From sequence record SRR31156797_5909: DNA of 20,000 nt; one strand, written 5' to 3'. Under the pieces are notes generated by a model. That model had not been told where the DNA came from and made no database searches. It worked only from the letters and a program-made list of their open reading frames with translations. Numbering within the stretch: position 1 is the stretch's first letter; each line of letters starts with the position of its first letter. Positions 1 to 9,617 of this stretch are shown here, piece after piece. A program made the position numbers and the translations under genes.

Positions 1-2246
1 TCTCCCTCTCCACCTTTCGTATTCGGATTTAAATCTTTTGCAGATAAACTAAATCCAACATCAATGGAAGCATTTGTTAAGCGTGGTCCAAACTCATCAA
101 TCTTTTGGTTGATTTCACCCAATTTATATGGATTAACAGTTGAGTTAAAATTTAAATCCAACTTTTTATTAAAAAGTTTCGTTCTACCTGTCATTCGTAT
201 ATCAGACCAATTCAACGAATCTGCAAACATATCGTATGAAGTGGAAAATTTTAAACTCTCCAGAATCTTCACTTTTTTCATATCTTCAACACCAGTAGTA
301 TCATTAGCTGTTCGAACCTTTGCCTCAATATTATTGTCTAAACTCAGATTAATACTTCCCGATTCCTTGGCTCCTGTCGGTGTTGAATACACACCTCCTT
401 CAAAAATTGAATACTCAACATCCTCCTCCTTATTTTTATCGTAATAAGTTCTGTAATACTTACTTCGTGGAACTCCAATTTCAGGCGTATAACTAACACT
501 AATAGTTGGAGTCATTACATGGCGAATAGCTGCCACTTTTGACGTTTCCTTAAATGTGTACATACCATAAATCTTAGGACTTAAGGACAAGGATGCACTG
601 GTTGAATAATTGTGAGCATATCTAAACCCTTGAATGGTATCTATTTTAACATCACCATCTCCTCCGTCAGCATCCTTATCCCAAGATTTTCTGATTGATC
701 TTGAATACAAAACACCTTGGTAATTCAAAGTTGGTGATAAAGTTAAATCCTTTGCCAATTTAAAATTCGTAGTAATTGGAATACTATGCTGATAACCATT
801 CTTCCAGTCCTTTTGCAATGACGAACTCATCAGTTTACTTTCCTTAGTATTAATTGTATTCTCTAATTTAGAAGAATAACTAATCCCTACTTTATCGTAC
901 CAACGAAGGTCTGTACTTTTACCTTTTGCTCTAAAAGGATAAATCTGAGTCATACTCAAAGACATACTCGGCAAGGTAAGAGCTATTGTTGTATCTCTAC
1001 TATTTTGTGAATGCCTTAAACTCACATTTAAACTAAACGGACTATCAGCCCATTTTTTACTATAGGATATACTTGACTGCTTTTGATTGTTCGTAATATC
1101 ATTAATAGATGTAGAGTTATTTCTGTCGTTATTTGTTGTAGAAACATTAACCGATGCTGTAAATGTACGGTACGGATTTGCTTTAGCGTCCTGTGAGTGA
1201 TTCCATCTAATCGCAAAATCTGTTGTCTCATAATAATCAGATAGCCCTTTATCTCCATATTTATTAAAGTGATATTCAGTAGCAAATGTTCCACTATATC
1301 TATACCTGGTTTTGTATTTAGATTCAACATAGGTACCCCACGATCCATTCGCAAAAATATCACCAGTAATCTTTAAATCCATGTAATCATTAATTGCCCA
1401 GTAATATCCTCCTCCTCGCAGGTTATATCCACGTTGTTGCTCTTCACCATAACTAGGAATTACTAGTCCTGATGAGTATGAAGAACTAAAAGGAAACATT
1501 GCAAAAGGCAATCCTAAAGGCAATGGTACATCTTCAAGAACCAAATGCAAAGGACCTGAAACAATTTTATCATCCTTAATCATTTTTGCCTTGGTCATTT
1601 TAACGTAAAAATGAGGATTCGGGTGATTACAAGTTGTATATTTTCCATTTCGTAAATAGAAAACCTTATCGTTAATTTTCTTTGTAATTTCGGAATGTAC
1701 AAAACCACCTTCCTGCTCTGTTATCACCTCATTTACCAATCCTTTGCCAGTATCAAAATTGTATTTTAGTTCTTTGCAAGTGAATTCTTCCGACCCGTCT
1801 TTAAATTCTGGAGTGAAAATAAAATTTCCGGTTGTATCCTGTATACCATATGCAAAAGCTTGTTTTTTCTCAAGATCCAATTCAATATAATATGCCTTCA
1901 GTTCCGTTTCACCATATTTTACAAATGCATTTTTGGTTAAAAAAACACTTTGCCCAGTTAAGGAAAACACAATAGTATCATCGCAATTGTATTCTATCAT
2001 GGTTTCAAACAATGGTTTTTCTTTGGCTGTAGAATCGCTATTAAGCGAGTCCGAACTAACCAAATTTAAACTATCTATCTGCTGCAGAGGTATCTCTTTA
2101 CTAATGGTGTCAATTACTGAAAAATCAAATTCAGTAATTAATTTTCGGTCGTAATGCTTTATATTATTTTCAATAGCAAATATGTTCAATGGAAGAATTG
2201 CTCCAACGAAAAGAATAAAAACCTTTTGTAGTAATTTCAAATGCAA
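1..2246 (-). CDS. lptD: LPS-assembly protein LptD-like outer-membrane beta-barrel (Bacteroidota type), 3' end outside the window
   Basis: Missing from the ORF track because its stop is outside the window. Manual translation of the start, middle and end gives one frame: TTG at 2246 (alternative 2240) with an in-frame TAA just upstream, signal peptide MHLKLLQKVFILFVGAILPLNIFA, motifs KYNFDTGKG, YTTCNHPNPHFY, GYNLRGGGYYWAINDYM. Divergent from amidase-MlaD, as is common in Bacteroidota. Confidence 0.85.
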   Translation of the reverse strand, partial: MHLKLLQKVFILFVGAILPLNIFAIENNIKHYDRKLITEFDFSVIDTISKEIPLQQIDSLNLVSSDSLNSDSTAKEKPLFETMIEYNCDDTIVFSLTGQSVFLTKNAFVKYGETELKAYYIELDLEKKQAFAYGIQDTTGNFIFTPEFKDGSEEFTCKELKYNFDTGKGLVNEVITEQEGGFVHSEITKKINDKVFYLRNGKYTTCNHPNPHFYVKMTKAKMIKDDKIVSGPLHLVLEDVPLPLGLPFAMFPFSSSYSSGLVIPSYGEEQQRGYNLRGGGYYWAINDYMDLKITGDIFANGSWGTYVESKYKTRYRYSGTFATEYHFNKYGDKGLSDYYETTDFAIRWNHSQDAKANPYRTFTASVNVSTTNNDRNNSTSINDITNNQKQSSISYSKKWADSPFSLNVSLRHSQNSRDTTIALTLPSMSLSMTQIYPFRAKGKSTDLRWYDKVGISYSSKLENTINTKESKLMSSSLQKDWKNGYQHSIPITTNFKLAKDLTLSPTLNYQGVLYSRSIRKSWDKDADGGDGDVKIDTIQGFRYAHNYSTSASLSLSPKIYGMYTFKETSKVAAIRHVMTPTISVSYTPEIGVPRSKYYRTYYDKNKEEDVEYSIFEGGVYSTPTGAKESGSINLSLDNNIEAKVRTANDTTGVEDMKKVKILESLKFSTSYDMFADSLNWSDIRMTGRTKLFNKKLDLNFNSTVNPYKLGEINQKIDEFGPRLTNASIDVGFSLSAKDLNPNTKGGEG

Positions 2247-2257
2247 TTTTTATCTGT

Positions 2258-2265
2258 TATTTTTG
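2258..2265 (+). promoter_or_regulatory. Putative Bacteroidota -7 promoter element for the amidase operon
   Basis: TATTTTTG matches TAnnTTTG; no correctly spaced -33 TTTG. Confidence 0.4.
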
Positions 2266-2322
2266 TAAAAGATATGATTTAACTGAATACGGCACATATA
2301 TTGCGATTCAGTCTTAAGTCGC

Positions 2323-2330
2323 CAAAAATA
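2323..2330 (-). promoter_or_regulatory. Putative -7 promoter element for lptD
   Basis: Minus-strand TATTTTTG about 77 nt upstream of the lptD start. Confidence 0.45.
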
Positions 2331-2391
2331 CAAATAAAAGTACTATATTCCCTAATCGAAACGAACTTCAAAACATTTTTTAAGTTCTTTT

Positions 2392-3573
2392 ATGAAGATT
2401 TTTCTAATGAACATTATTCCAAATAAAACTTTACGATCGCTAATCAATAGAACATCAACAGGTTTCTGTCTACTTCTATTATTTTTATTTTCCGGAGCAC
2501 ATTCTATTGCTCAAGAAAATTCATACACATTAAAAACAGTAGTTATTGATGCTGGACATGGAGGTAAAGATCCTGGTGCCTTGGGAAAAGTTAGTCGTGA
2601 AAAAGATATTGTCCTAAATATCTCGCTAAAACTGGGAGGATATATTAAAAAATATTTCCCAAATGTTAAGGTAATTTATACTCGAAAAACAGATGTTTTT
2701 ATTCCTTTAAACAGGCGATCCGAAATTGCAAATCAAAATAAAGCCGATTTATTTATATCCATTCATGCTAATGCAAATAACAATTCTCGAATAAGAGGTA
2801 CAGAAACATATACTTTAGGACTTCATAAAACAAAAGAAAATTTAGAGGTTGCGATGAAGGAGAATGCTGTAATTGAATATGAGGAAGATTACAGTACAAA
2901 ATATGAAGGGTTTGATCCAAAAAATCCTGCGTCGTATATCATCTTTAATATGATGCAAGGTGTTAATCGTGATAAGAGCATTAGTTTGGCAGAATTAACC
3001 GAACACCAATTTAAAACCAGAGTCGGAAGACATTCCAGAGGTGTGAGAGAAGCAGGATTCTGGGTATTAAAACAAGTAAGTATGCCTTCTATATTGGTTG
3101 AGGTTGGATTTGTTTCAAATCCTACAGAAGAAAAATATCTGAAAACAAAAAAAGGTCAGGATTATCTTGCCAGTGCTATTTTTAGAGCTTTTAGAGAATA
3201 CAAAAACAAAATTGAAAAATCTTCGGTGATGTTAGCTGTTGAAGATAGTGTTGAAGTCCAAAATGACAAATCAAATTTGGTAATTTCAACAGAATCAAAA
3301 GAGGTGATAAATAAAGAACAGATTTTGGAGTATTGTGTACAATTAAAATCATCAACAAAAAAAATTCCTGTTACATCCAGAGTATTTAAAAATATAGATG
3401 GAATAAAAGAAAGAAAAATTGATGGTATATATAAATATACCGTAGGATCGACTAAAGATTTTAATACGATTGTAAAATTACAACAACAAGTAAGAAAGAA
3501 AATTAAAGATTGCTTTGTTGTGGCATTTTATAATGGGAAAAGAATTTCTCTATCAAAAGCCAAGGAACTTTAA
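2392..3573 (+). CDS. N-acetylmuramoyl-L-alanine amidase (Amidase_3) with C-terminal SPOR-like domain
   Basis: VVIDAGHGGKDPGA, EK, FISIHAN and SILVEVGFVSN zinc-amidase motifs; N-terminal signal peptide; start may be ATG 2407. Confidence 0.95.
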   Translation: MKIFLMNIIPNKTLRSLINRTSTGFCLLLLFLFSGAHSIAQENSYTLKTVVIDAGHGGKDPGALGKVSREKDIVLNISLKLGGYIKKYFPNVKVIYTRKTDVFIPLNRRSEIANQNKADLFISIHANANNNSRIRGTETYTLGLHKTKENLEVAMKENAVIEYEEDYSTKYEGFDPKNPASYIIFNMMQGVNRDKSISLAELTEHQFKTRVGRHSRGVREAGFWVLKQVSMPSILVEVGFVSNPTEEKYLKTKKGQDYLASAIFRAFREYKNKIEKSSVMLAVEDSVEVQNDKSNLVISTESKEVINKEQILEYCVQLKSSTKKIPVTSRVFKNIDGIKERKIDGIYKYTVGSTKDFNTIVKLQQQVRKKIKDCFVVAFYNGKRISLSKAKEL

Positions 3574-3637
3574 AAAACATGAGTAGTTTTACATTAAGGA
3601 ATCAAATTAATTTAATCGAAACATAATTATCATTCTC

Positions 3638-4867
3638 ATGAAATTCTCTAAAGATGCCATTATAGGTCTAGTTGTTGTTGGCGCCATTGTTGTTTTGATA
3701 TGGGGGGTCAATTTTCTTAAAGGCTTTAACATGCTTTCATCGGAGCAAACTTATTGTGCCAAATATGAAAGTGTAGGTGGATTAAAAAATTCAAGTCCAG
3801 TTACTCTACGAGGATTAAAAATAGGACAGATTAAAAGCATTAAATTTAGCGATGCAGCAGCTTCCAGTTTAATTGTAGAATTTAATATCTCTGACGAATT
3901 TAAACTTCCTGCTAATACTATAGCGAGAATTATCAGTTCAGATATTATGGGATCGAAAGAGATTAAATTGATTATTGGTGATTCAAAAAAAATTCTTCAA
4001 CCCGGTGACACCTTACGCGGAAGTATTGAAGGAGATCTAAAAGAGCAAGTTAGTATGCAAATGCTGCCTTTAAAAAAGAAGGCAGAAAACCTGATGTCAA
4101 GTTTGGACTCTGTTCTTTCAGTAATACAATACGTATTTAATAAAGATTCGAGAGAAAATCTTACTCGTAGTTTTAGTAGTATAGAACAAACATTTAAAAA
4201 ACTTGAAAATACATCTGGAACATTAGATACCATTGTTACCAGTCAGAAAAGTCATATGGAGAACATTATTTCCAATGTCGATTCTATAACTAACAACCTA
4301 AGACAAAACAATGAGAATATCACTACCATTCTCACCAATTTTTCTTCAATCAGTGATTCGCTGTCGGCTGCAGATATAGCTCAAACTATAAATCACGCTA
4401 AACTTACTTTAAAACAAAGTAGTGAGATATTAGACAAAATTAATTCTGGTGAAGGGTCAATGGGTATGTTAATAAATAACGATACCTTATATATGAATAT
4501 GGAGGCAGCATCGAACAGTTTGACCAATTTACTAATCGATTTAAAAAACAATCCTAAAAAGTACATGCATTTTTCATTATTCGATACCGGTAAAACTGTT
4601 TATATGGATTCGAATAAAACCAAGAAGAAAAAAGATCTTGAGAAAAATACAGAATATCGTGTACAAATAATGGCAGCCAATAAGCAAATACCTCTGGACT
4701 CGCCTTCTTTTAAAGGTTTCAAGAATATTAATGAGATCTATTACAATGGAAGATATAAATATACAGTTGGTAACACGAAAAACTATAAAGAGATTATAAG
4801 AAAACTTAAAAGAATTAAGACTGATTTTCCGGATGCCTTTATTATTAAAATAACACCTGAGGAATAA
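3638..4867 (+). CDS. MlaD/MCE family protein with an extra C-terminal SPOR-like domain
   Basis: N-terminal TM anchor, MCE motif GLKNSSPVTLRGLKIGQI, helical region, GEGSMGMLIND..LY, NPKKYMHFSLF; ~70-aa C-terminal extension. Confidence 0.92.
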   Translation: MKFSKDAIIGLVVVGAIVVLIWGVNFLKGFNMLSSEQTYCAKYESVGGLKNSSPVTLRGLKIGQIKSIKFSDAAASSLIVEFNISDEFKLPANTIARIISSDIMGSKEIKLIIGDSKKILQPGDTLRGSIEGDLKEQVSMQMLPLKKKAENLMSSLDSVLSVIQYVFNKDSRENLTRSFSSIEQTFKKLENTSGTLDTIVTSQKSHMENIISNVDSITNNLRQNNENITTILTNFSSISDSLSAADIAQTINHAKLTLKQSSEILDKINSGEGSMGMLINNDTLYMNMEAASNSLTNLLIDLKNNPKKYMHFSLFDTGKTVYMDSNKTKKKKDLEKNTEYRVQIMAANKQIPLDSPSFKGFKNINEIYYNGRYKYTVGNTKNYKEIIRKLKRIKTDFPDAFIIKITPEE

Positions 4868-5255
4868 TAAAAATTTAACAGATTTAATTATAGTAAAATA
4901 AAAAACAGTTAAGCCCCTGAGTTTATTGATCTAAGAGTTACAACTAGTAAATTCTTAACCACCCCGGTTTTATGTTTTATATTTGTTTAATTCTAAACAA
5001 GATTTTAAGACAAAAAAGTATGAATAAGGAAATGACTAACAACCAGAAACTTAAACTATCAATCGCTTCAATTAATTGATTTTCAGCCATTTGGTTTTTT
5101 TCTATTTTTTTTCATTTTTGTATCCCTTAATAATAGTAGGATAAGAAATGTTTTCAGAAAGTCAAGAGCTAAATAATTTTTTTTCTTTTTTTTTTTCACA
5201 ATCTTGCATAAGCAAATTTAGACACACCCTAATTTTTTAAAACGCTGAAATAGAA

Positions 5256-6686
5256 ATGAATAATAATCACTTCCAGGTTTGGAATAATTGCTTGGCTGTA
5301 ATAAAAGACAATGTTCCTCCAATAAGCTTCAAAACATGGTTCGAGCCCATCGCACCTTTGAACTTGGAGAATCAGATCTTAACATTACAAGTTCCAAGTC
5401 ACTTTTTTTATGAGTATCTGGAGGAGCAATACATTGATATCCTGAGAAAAACGCTACGAAAAGAAATTGGGAATGGCGCTAAACTGGAGTACAATGTAGT
5501 GATGGAAAACAATCACATAGAAAATTCAAAACCTGTTTCAGTTGTTGTTCCTGGTAATAATGGAACAAATACAAAAAATCGTCCGGTTCACATGTCTTCT
5601 GATAAAGAAGAGCAGACCATTCGAAATCCTTTTGTAATTCCAGGCATTAAAAAATTACATATCGATTCTCAGCTAAATCCAGATTATTCATTCAATAATT
5701 TTATTGAAGGGGAATGTAACCGATTGGCTAGATCAGCGGGTGTTGCTGTTGCTGAAAATCCTGGAGGTACTGCCTTTAACCCTCTTGTATTATATGGAGA
5801 TTCAGGTTTAGGTAAAACTCACCTTGCACAAGCAATTGGTTTAAAAACCAAAGAATTGTATCAGGAAAAAACGGTACTTTATGTAAGTGCTAATAAATTC
5901 CAAACTCAGTTTACCGAGGCAATTCGTAATAATAACAAAAATGATTTTCTTCACTTCTATCAAATGATTGATGTCTTAATTATTGATGACATTCAAGAAC
6001 TTGCTGGTAAAGAGAAAACTCAAAATACATTCTTTCATATCTTTAATCATTTGCACCAATCAGGTAAGCAGTTAATTCTTACTTCGGATAAAGCGCCTAT
6101 TGAATTGAAGGGAATGGAAAACCGATTGTTATCACGATTTAAGTGGGGACTTTCTGCAGATCTTCAAAATCCGGATTACGAAACAAGAGTTCGTATTTTG
6201 CAACAAAAAGCATACAAAGATGGAATTGTTTTAGACAATGAAGTAATTGAATATATTGCCAGTAATGTTACCAATAATGTTAGAGAACTTGAAGGTGCAC
6301 TAATTTCATTATTAGCACAATCAACACTTAATAAAAAAGAGTTAAATCTTGAATTGGCAATGTCAATTATCGATAAGTTGGTGAAAAACACTAAACGCGA
6401 ACTTTCTATCGATTACATACAGAAAGTGGTTTGCGATCATTTCTCATTACCAATTGATGTATTACAAGCCAAAACAAGAAAAAGAGAAATTGTACAAGCA
6501 CGTCAAATTGCTATGTATTTCTCTAAAACTTTGACAAAAGCTTCACTTGCATCCATCGGATCTCAAATTGGGAACAAAGATCACGCTACTGTATTGCACG
6601 CTTGCAAAACTGTAAACAACTTAATAGATACAGATCGAGGATTTAAGACTCAAATTGATGAAATTGACAAAAAATTAAAAATGTAG
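5256..6686 (+). CDS. dnaA: Chromosomal replication initiator protein DnaA
   Basis: FNPLVLYGDSGLGKTHL (Walker A), LIIDDIQ (Walker B), RELEGA, domain IV ARQIAMY and KDHATVLHA. Confidence 0.99.
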   Translation: MNNNHFQVWNNCLAVIKDNVPPISFKTWFEPIAPLNLENQILTLQVPSHFFYEYLEEQYIDILRKTLRKEIGNGAKLEYNVVMENNHIENSKPVSVVVPGNNGTNTKNRPVHMSSDKEEQTIRNPFVIPGIKKLHIDSQLNPDYSFNNFIEGECNRLARSAGVAVAENPGGTAFNPLVLYGDSGLGKTHLAQAIGLKTKELYQEKTVLYVSANKFQTQFTEAIRNNNKNDFLHFYQMIDVLIIDDIQELAGKEKTQNTFFHIFNHLHQSGKQLILTSDKAPIELKGMENRLLSRFKWGLSADLQNPDYETRVRILQQKAYKDGIVLDNEVIEYIASNVTNNVRELEGALISLLAQSTLNKKELNLELAMSIIDKLVKNTKRELSIDYIQKVVCDHFSLPIDVLQAKTRKREIVQARQIAMYFSKTLTKASLASIGSQIGNKDHATVLHACKTVNNLIDTDRGFKTQIDEIDKKLKM

Positions 6687-6720
6687 TTCTATTTCTAACT
6701 ACTATATTGCTACCCTGAGA

Positions 6721-6752
6721 AGCAGATTCGTCCAGAATCTGCTTTTCTTTTT
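6721..6752 (+). terminator. Intrinsic terminator after dnaA
   Basis: AGCAGATTC-gtcca-GAATCTGCT followed by a T-rich tract. Confidence 0.75.
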
Positions 6753-6795
6753 GGTATCGGTTAAAATTCAACTATTTTGCGCAAAATTTACAACT

Positions 6796-7656
6796 ATGCT
6801 AAACCTACTCTTTGCTATACTTTCATCAGCCGGAATTTTCGTATGCTTTAAATATTTGGAAAAATTTAAAGTAGATATTTTACTGGCTATTATAATTAAC
6901 TATATAACTGCCGCACTTTGCGGTTATTTTTTATCCAATTCTGAATTTCATATTCAAAGCATTATCCAGCAACCTTGGTTTATTCCTTCCATTGTAATTG
7001 GAATTCTATTTATTGTTGTATTCTTTATTATTGGCAGATCAACTCAAAAAGCAGGATTATCAGTGACAACTTTGGCGAGCAAAATGTCATTTGTTCTACC
7101 TATGATTTTCTCTATTGCATATTACAGTGAACATCTAAATATCCAAAAAGCTATTGGCTTTGTACTTGCAATAAGTGCTGTCTTATTAAGTATCTACAAG
7201 GAAAAACATGATACATTAAATCGCAAATATATATGGCTCCCTATCCTACTTTTCTTTGGAGCAGGAACAGTTGATTCATTGGTAAAGTACGCACAGGAAG
7301 AATTCCTTAGCTCTGGAGGAAAAGAAGAATTTTCAACCCTACTATTTGCAATTGCAGCCGTTGCCGGATTGATCGCATTACTTATCCGAAAAGAAAATCT
7401 TCTAAAATTATTTCAAACAAAAATACTAATTGGAGGATGTATTTTAGGACTTGTTAATTATGGATCACTTTACTTTCTTATTGCTTCATTAAATGAGTCG
7501 GGATACGATAGTTCAGTTGTGTTTAGCATTATAAATATTGGAATAGTAGCACTATCAGTAGTAATAGGCATTGGAATTTTTAAAGAAAAACTGAACAAAA
7601 TTAATGTATTGGGCATTGTACTGGCATTTATTGCTATTTTTATCCTTACAAATTAA
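6796..7656 (+). CDS. EamA/DMT family transporter
   Basis: About 10 hydrophobic segments in two repeats, ending GIGIFKEKL...GIVLAFIAIFIL; ATG 6796 preferred over the ORF-track TTG 6751. Confidence 0.85.
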   Translation: MLNLLFAILSSAGIFVCFKYLEKFKVDILLAIIINYITAALCGYFLSNSEFHIQSIIQQPWFIPSIVIGILFIVVFFIIGRSTQKAGLSVTTLASKMSFVLPMIFSIAYYSEHLNIQKAIGFVLAISAVLLSIYKEKHDTLNRKYIWLPILLFFGAGTVDSLVKYAQEEFLSSGGKEEFSTLLFAIAAVAGLIALLIRKENLLKLFQTKILIGGCILGLVNYGSLYFLIASLNESGYDSSVVFSIINIGIVALSVVIGIGIFKEKLNKINVLGIVLAFIAIFILTN

Positions 7657-7676
7657 ACAACAAGATTACCCGATTC

Positions 7677-8288
7677 ATGAGTGACGACACTTACAAAACC
7701 ATAGCCGAAAAATCGGAAGGAATTTACAAAGAGAAGGGAAGTAAATTTATTGCCTATGCCTACCCTGTAAGTTCCGAAGAGGAGATAAAAGAGCACATTG
7801 CAAAGCTAAAAAAAGAGTATTACGATGCTCGTCATCATTGCTATGCCTACATGCTTGGAGCAGATAAAAAAAATTTTAGAGCCAACGATGATGGTGAACC
7901 TTCTTCAACTGCAGGAAAACCAATTTTGGGGCAAATTCTATCGAATGACCTTACCAATATTCTTATTGTTGTAATTCGTTATTTTGGTGGTACAAAATTA
8001 GGCGTAAGCGGATTGATCCATGCCTACAAGACAGCTGCTGCGGAGACAATCGAAAATGCAGAAATTCTAGATAAAACTGTAAATGATATTTACGAGATTC
8101 ACTTCGATTATTTGGTGATGAATGATATTATGAAGATTATTAAGGATGATCAACCAGAACAATTGGGGCAAGATTTTAACCTAACCTGTAAAATCACTTT
8201 AAGCATTCGTCAAAGCGAAGTGGATCGAATTATCGAAAAATTTAAAAAAATTACAAGTGTAAAAGCAGAGTACATTCGCACAATATAA
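7677..8288 (+). CDS. yigZ: YigZ/IMPACT family protein
   Basis: EKGSKFIA, ARHHCYAY, DDGEPSSTAGKP, VIRYFGGTKLGVSGLIHAY. Confidence 0.95.
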   Translation: MSDDTYKTIAEKSEGIYKEKGSKFIAYAYPVSSEEEIKEHIAKLKKEYYDARHHCYAYMLGADKKNFRANDDGEPSSTAGKPILGQILSNDLTNILIVVIRYFGGTKLGVSGLIHAYKTAAAETIENAEILDKTVNDIYEIHFDYLVMNDIMKIIKDDQPEQLGQDFNLTCKITLSIRQSEVDRIIEKFKKITSVKAEYIRTI

Positions 8289-8376
8289 CTATTTCACAAT
8301 CTACGTTATAGATGTAATCAGTAAAATTAATACAAAGCCAATATTGTAAGATTGTTAATAATTAATCTAATTCCAA

Positions 8377-8409
8377 TTTGATTTCTAGGAAAATTTATGC
8401 CTATATTTG
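8377..8409 (+). promoter_or_regulatory. Bacteroidota housekeeping promoter of pyrBI
   Basis: TTTG (8377-8380) - 21 nt - TATATTTG (8402-8409), a full match to the -33/-7 consensus. Confidence 0.65.
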
Positions 8410-8418
8410 TGATCTAGA

Positions 8419-8697
8419 ATGGAGACACTATTAATTCAATCTAGAGCCACACAATTTTACAATAGAAGTAAAAATCTTTACTTCTTAGCTCACATTTTCC
8501 ATTATTTATTTCGAAGTAAACATGAATTAAAGGACAATTGCCGATTTCGTTATTTTGGTGATTTACCTCAAAAATATTTTTCAAAAAAACCAACATTACC
8601 ATCTATTTCGGTAATTGTTGGTTTTTTTTGTGCCAAGATTCAAACAATCATTTTATATACACTTTTAATTTTTAATCAATGGATAACAAAAGTTTAG
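8419..8697 (+). other. Possible pyrBI leader ORF (92 codons)
   Basis: Begins just after the predicted TSS, reads through the leader terminator and overlaps the pyrB start; no recognisable protein. Confidence 0.25.
8583..8629 (+). terminator. Attenuator-type terminator in the pyrBI leader
   Basis: CCAACATTACC-atctatttc-GGTAA(T)TGTTGG + T8, ending 49 nt before the pyrB ATG. Confidence 0.75.
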
Positions 8698-9584
8698 TAT
8701 CGATCGACGACTACACAAAGGAAGAAATCCTGGAAGTTTTAGCCAGAGCTGCCGAATTCGAAAAAAATCCGAACTGCAACCTTTTGGAAGGGAAAGTTGT
8801 AGCTTCTTTGTTTTTCGAACCATCTACCCGTACCCGATTGAGCTTTGAAACTGCCATTAGCCGCATGGGAGGTAAAATCGTGGGATTTACCGATTCCTCA
8901 TCATCGAGTGTTACCAAAGGTGAAACCTTGAAAGATACCACTAAAATGGTAAGCAACTATTGCGATTTAGTTGTAATGCGCCATCCAATTGAAGGTTCAG
9001 CACGCTATGCTTCCGAAGTATCCGAAGTTCCGGTGATTAATGCAGGAGATGGAGCCAACCAGCACCCAACTCAAACCATGCTCGATTTGTATTCTATCTA
9101 CAAAACGCAGGGCACACTTGAAAACCTAAACATTTTTATGGTTGGTGATTTGAAATATGGTAGAACCGTTCACTCCCTATTAATGGCTATGTCTCACTTT
9201 AATCCTACCTTCCATTTTATTGCTCCTAAAGAACTTGAAATTCCATTGGCCTACAAGATCTTTATGGATAAGAACAACATCAAATACCAGGAACATACCG
9301 AATTTGATGATATCATTAACGATGCAGATATTTTATACATGACTCGTGTTCAACGCGAACGTTTTGCAGATCCGTTGGAGTATGAGAAAGTAAAAAATGT
9401 TTACATTCTTAAAAATGACATGCTTGAGAATACCAAAGACAATCTGAGAATTCTTCATCCACTGCCAAGAGTAAACGAAATTGCTGTTGACGTAGATAGC
9501 AATCCTAAGGCCTACTATTTTGAACAAGCTTTAAACGGCGTGTATGCACGTCAGGCAATTATTGCTAAAGCTCTTGATCTTTAA
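8679..9584 (+). CDS. pyrB: Aspartate carbamoyltransferase catalytic subunit
   Basis: [49 protein letters not shown]. Confidence 0.99.
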   Translation: MDNKSLVSIDDYTKEEILEVLARAAEFEKNPNCNLLEGKVVASLFFEPSTRTRLSFETAISRMGGKIVGFTDSSSSSVTKGETLKDTTKMVSNYCDLVVMRHPIEGSARYASEVSEVPVINAGDGANQHPTQTMLDLYSIYKTQGTLENLNIFMVGDLKYGRTVHSLLMAMSHFNPTFHFIAPKELEIPLAYKIFMDKNNIKYQEHTEFDDIINDADILYMTRVQRERFADPLEYEKVKNVYILKNDMLENTKDNLRILHPLPRVNEIAVDVDSNPKAYYFEQALNGVYARQAIIAKALDL

Positions 9585-9617
9585 ACCCATTTCTCACGCT
9601 AAAAAGAACATCAAAAT

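Noticed and set aside
64-2154. ORF-track entries 64..444, 1028..1363 and 1933..2154
   Set aside because: Antisense or off-frame shadows of the lptD CDS
5256-7656. dnaA not followed by dnaN/recF/gyrB
   Set aside because: A dispersed dnaA cluster is normal in Bacteroidota
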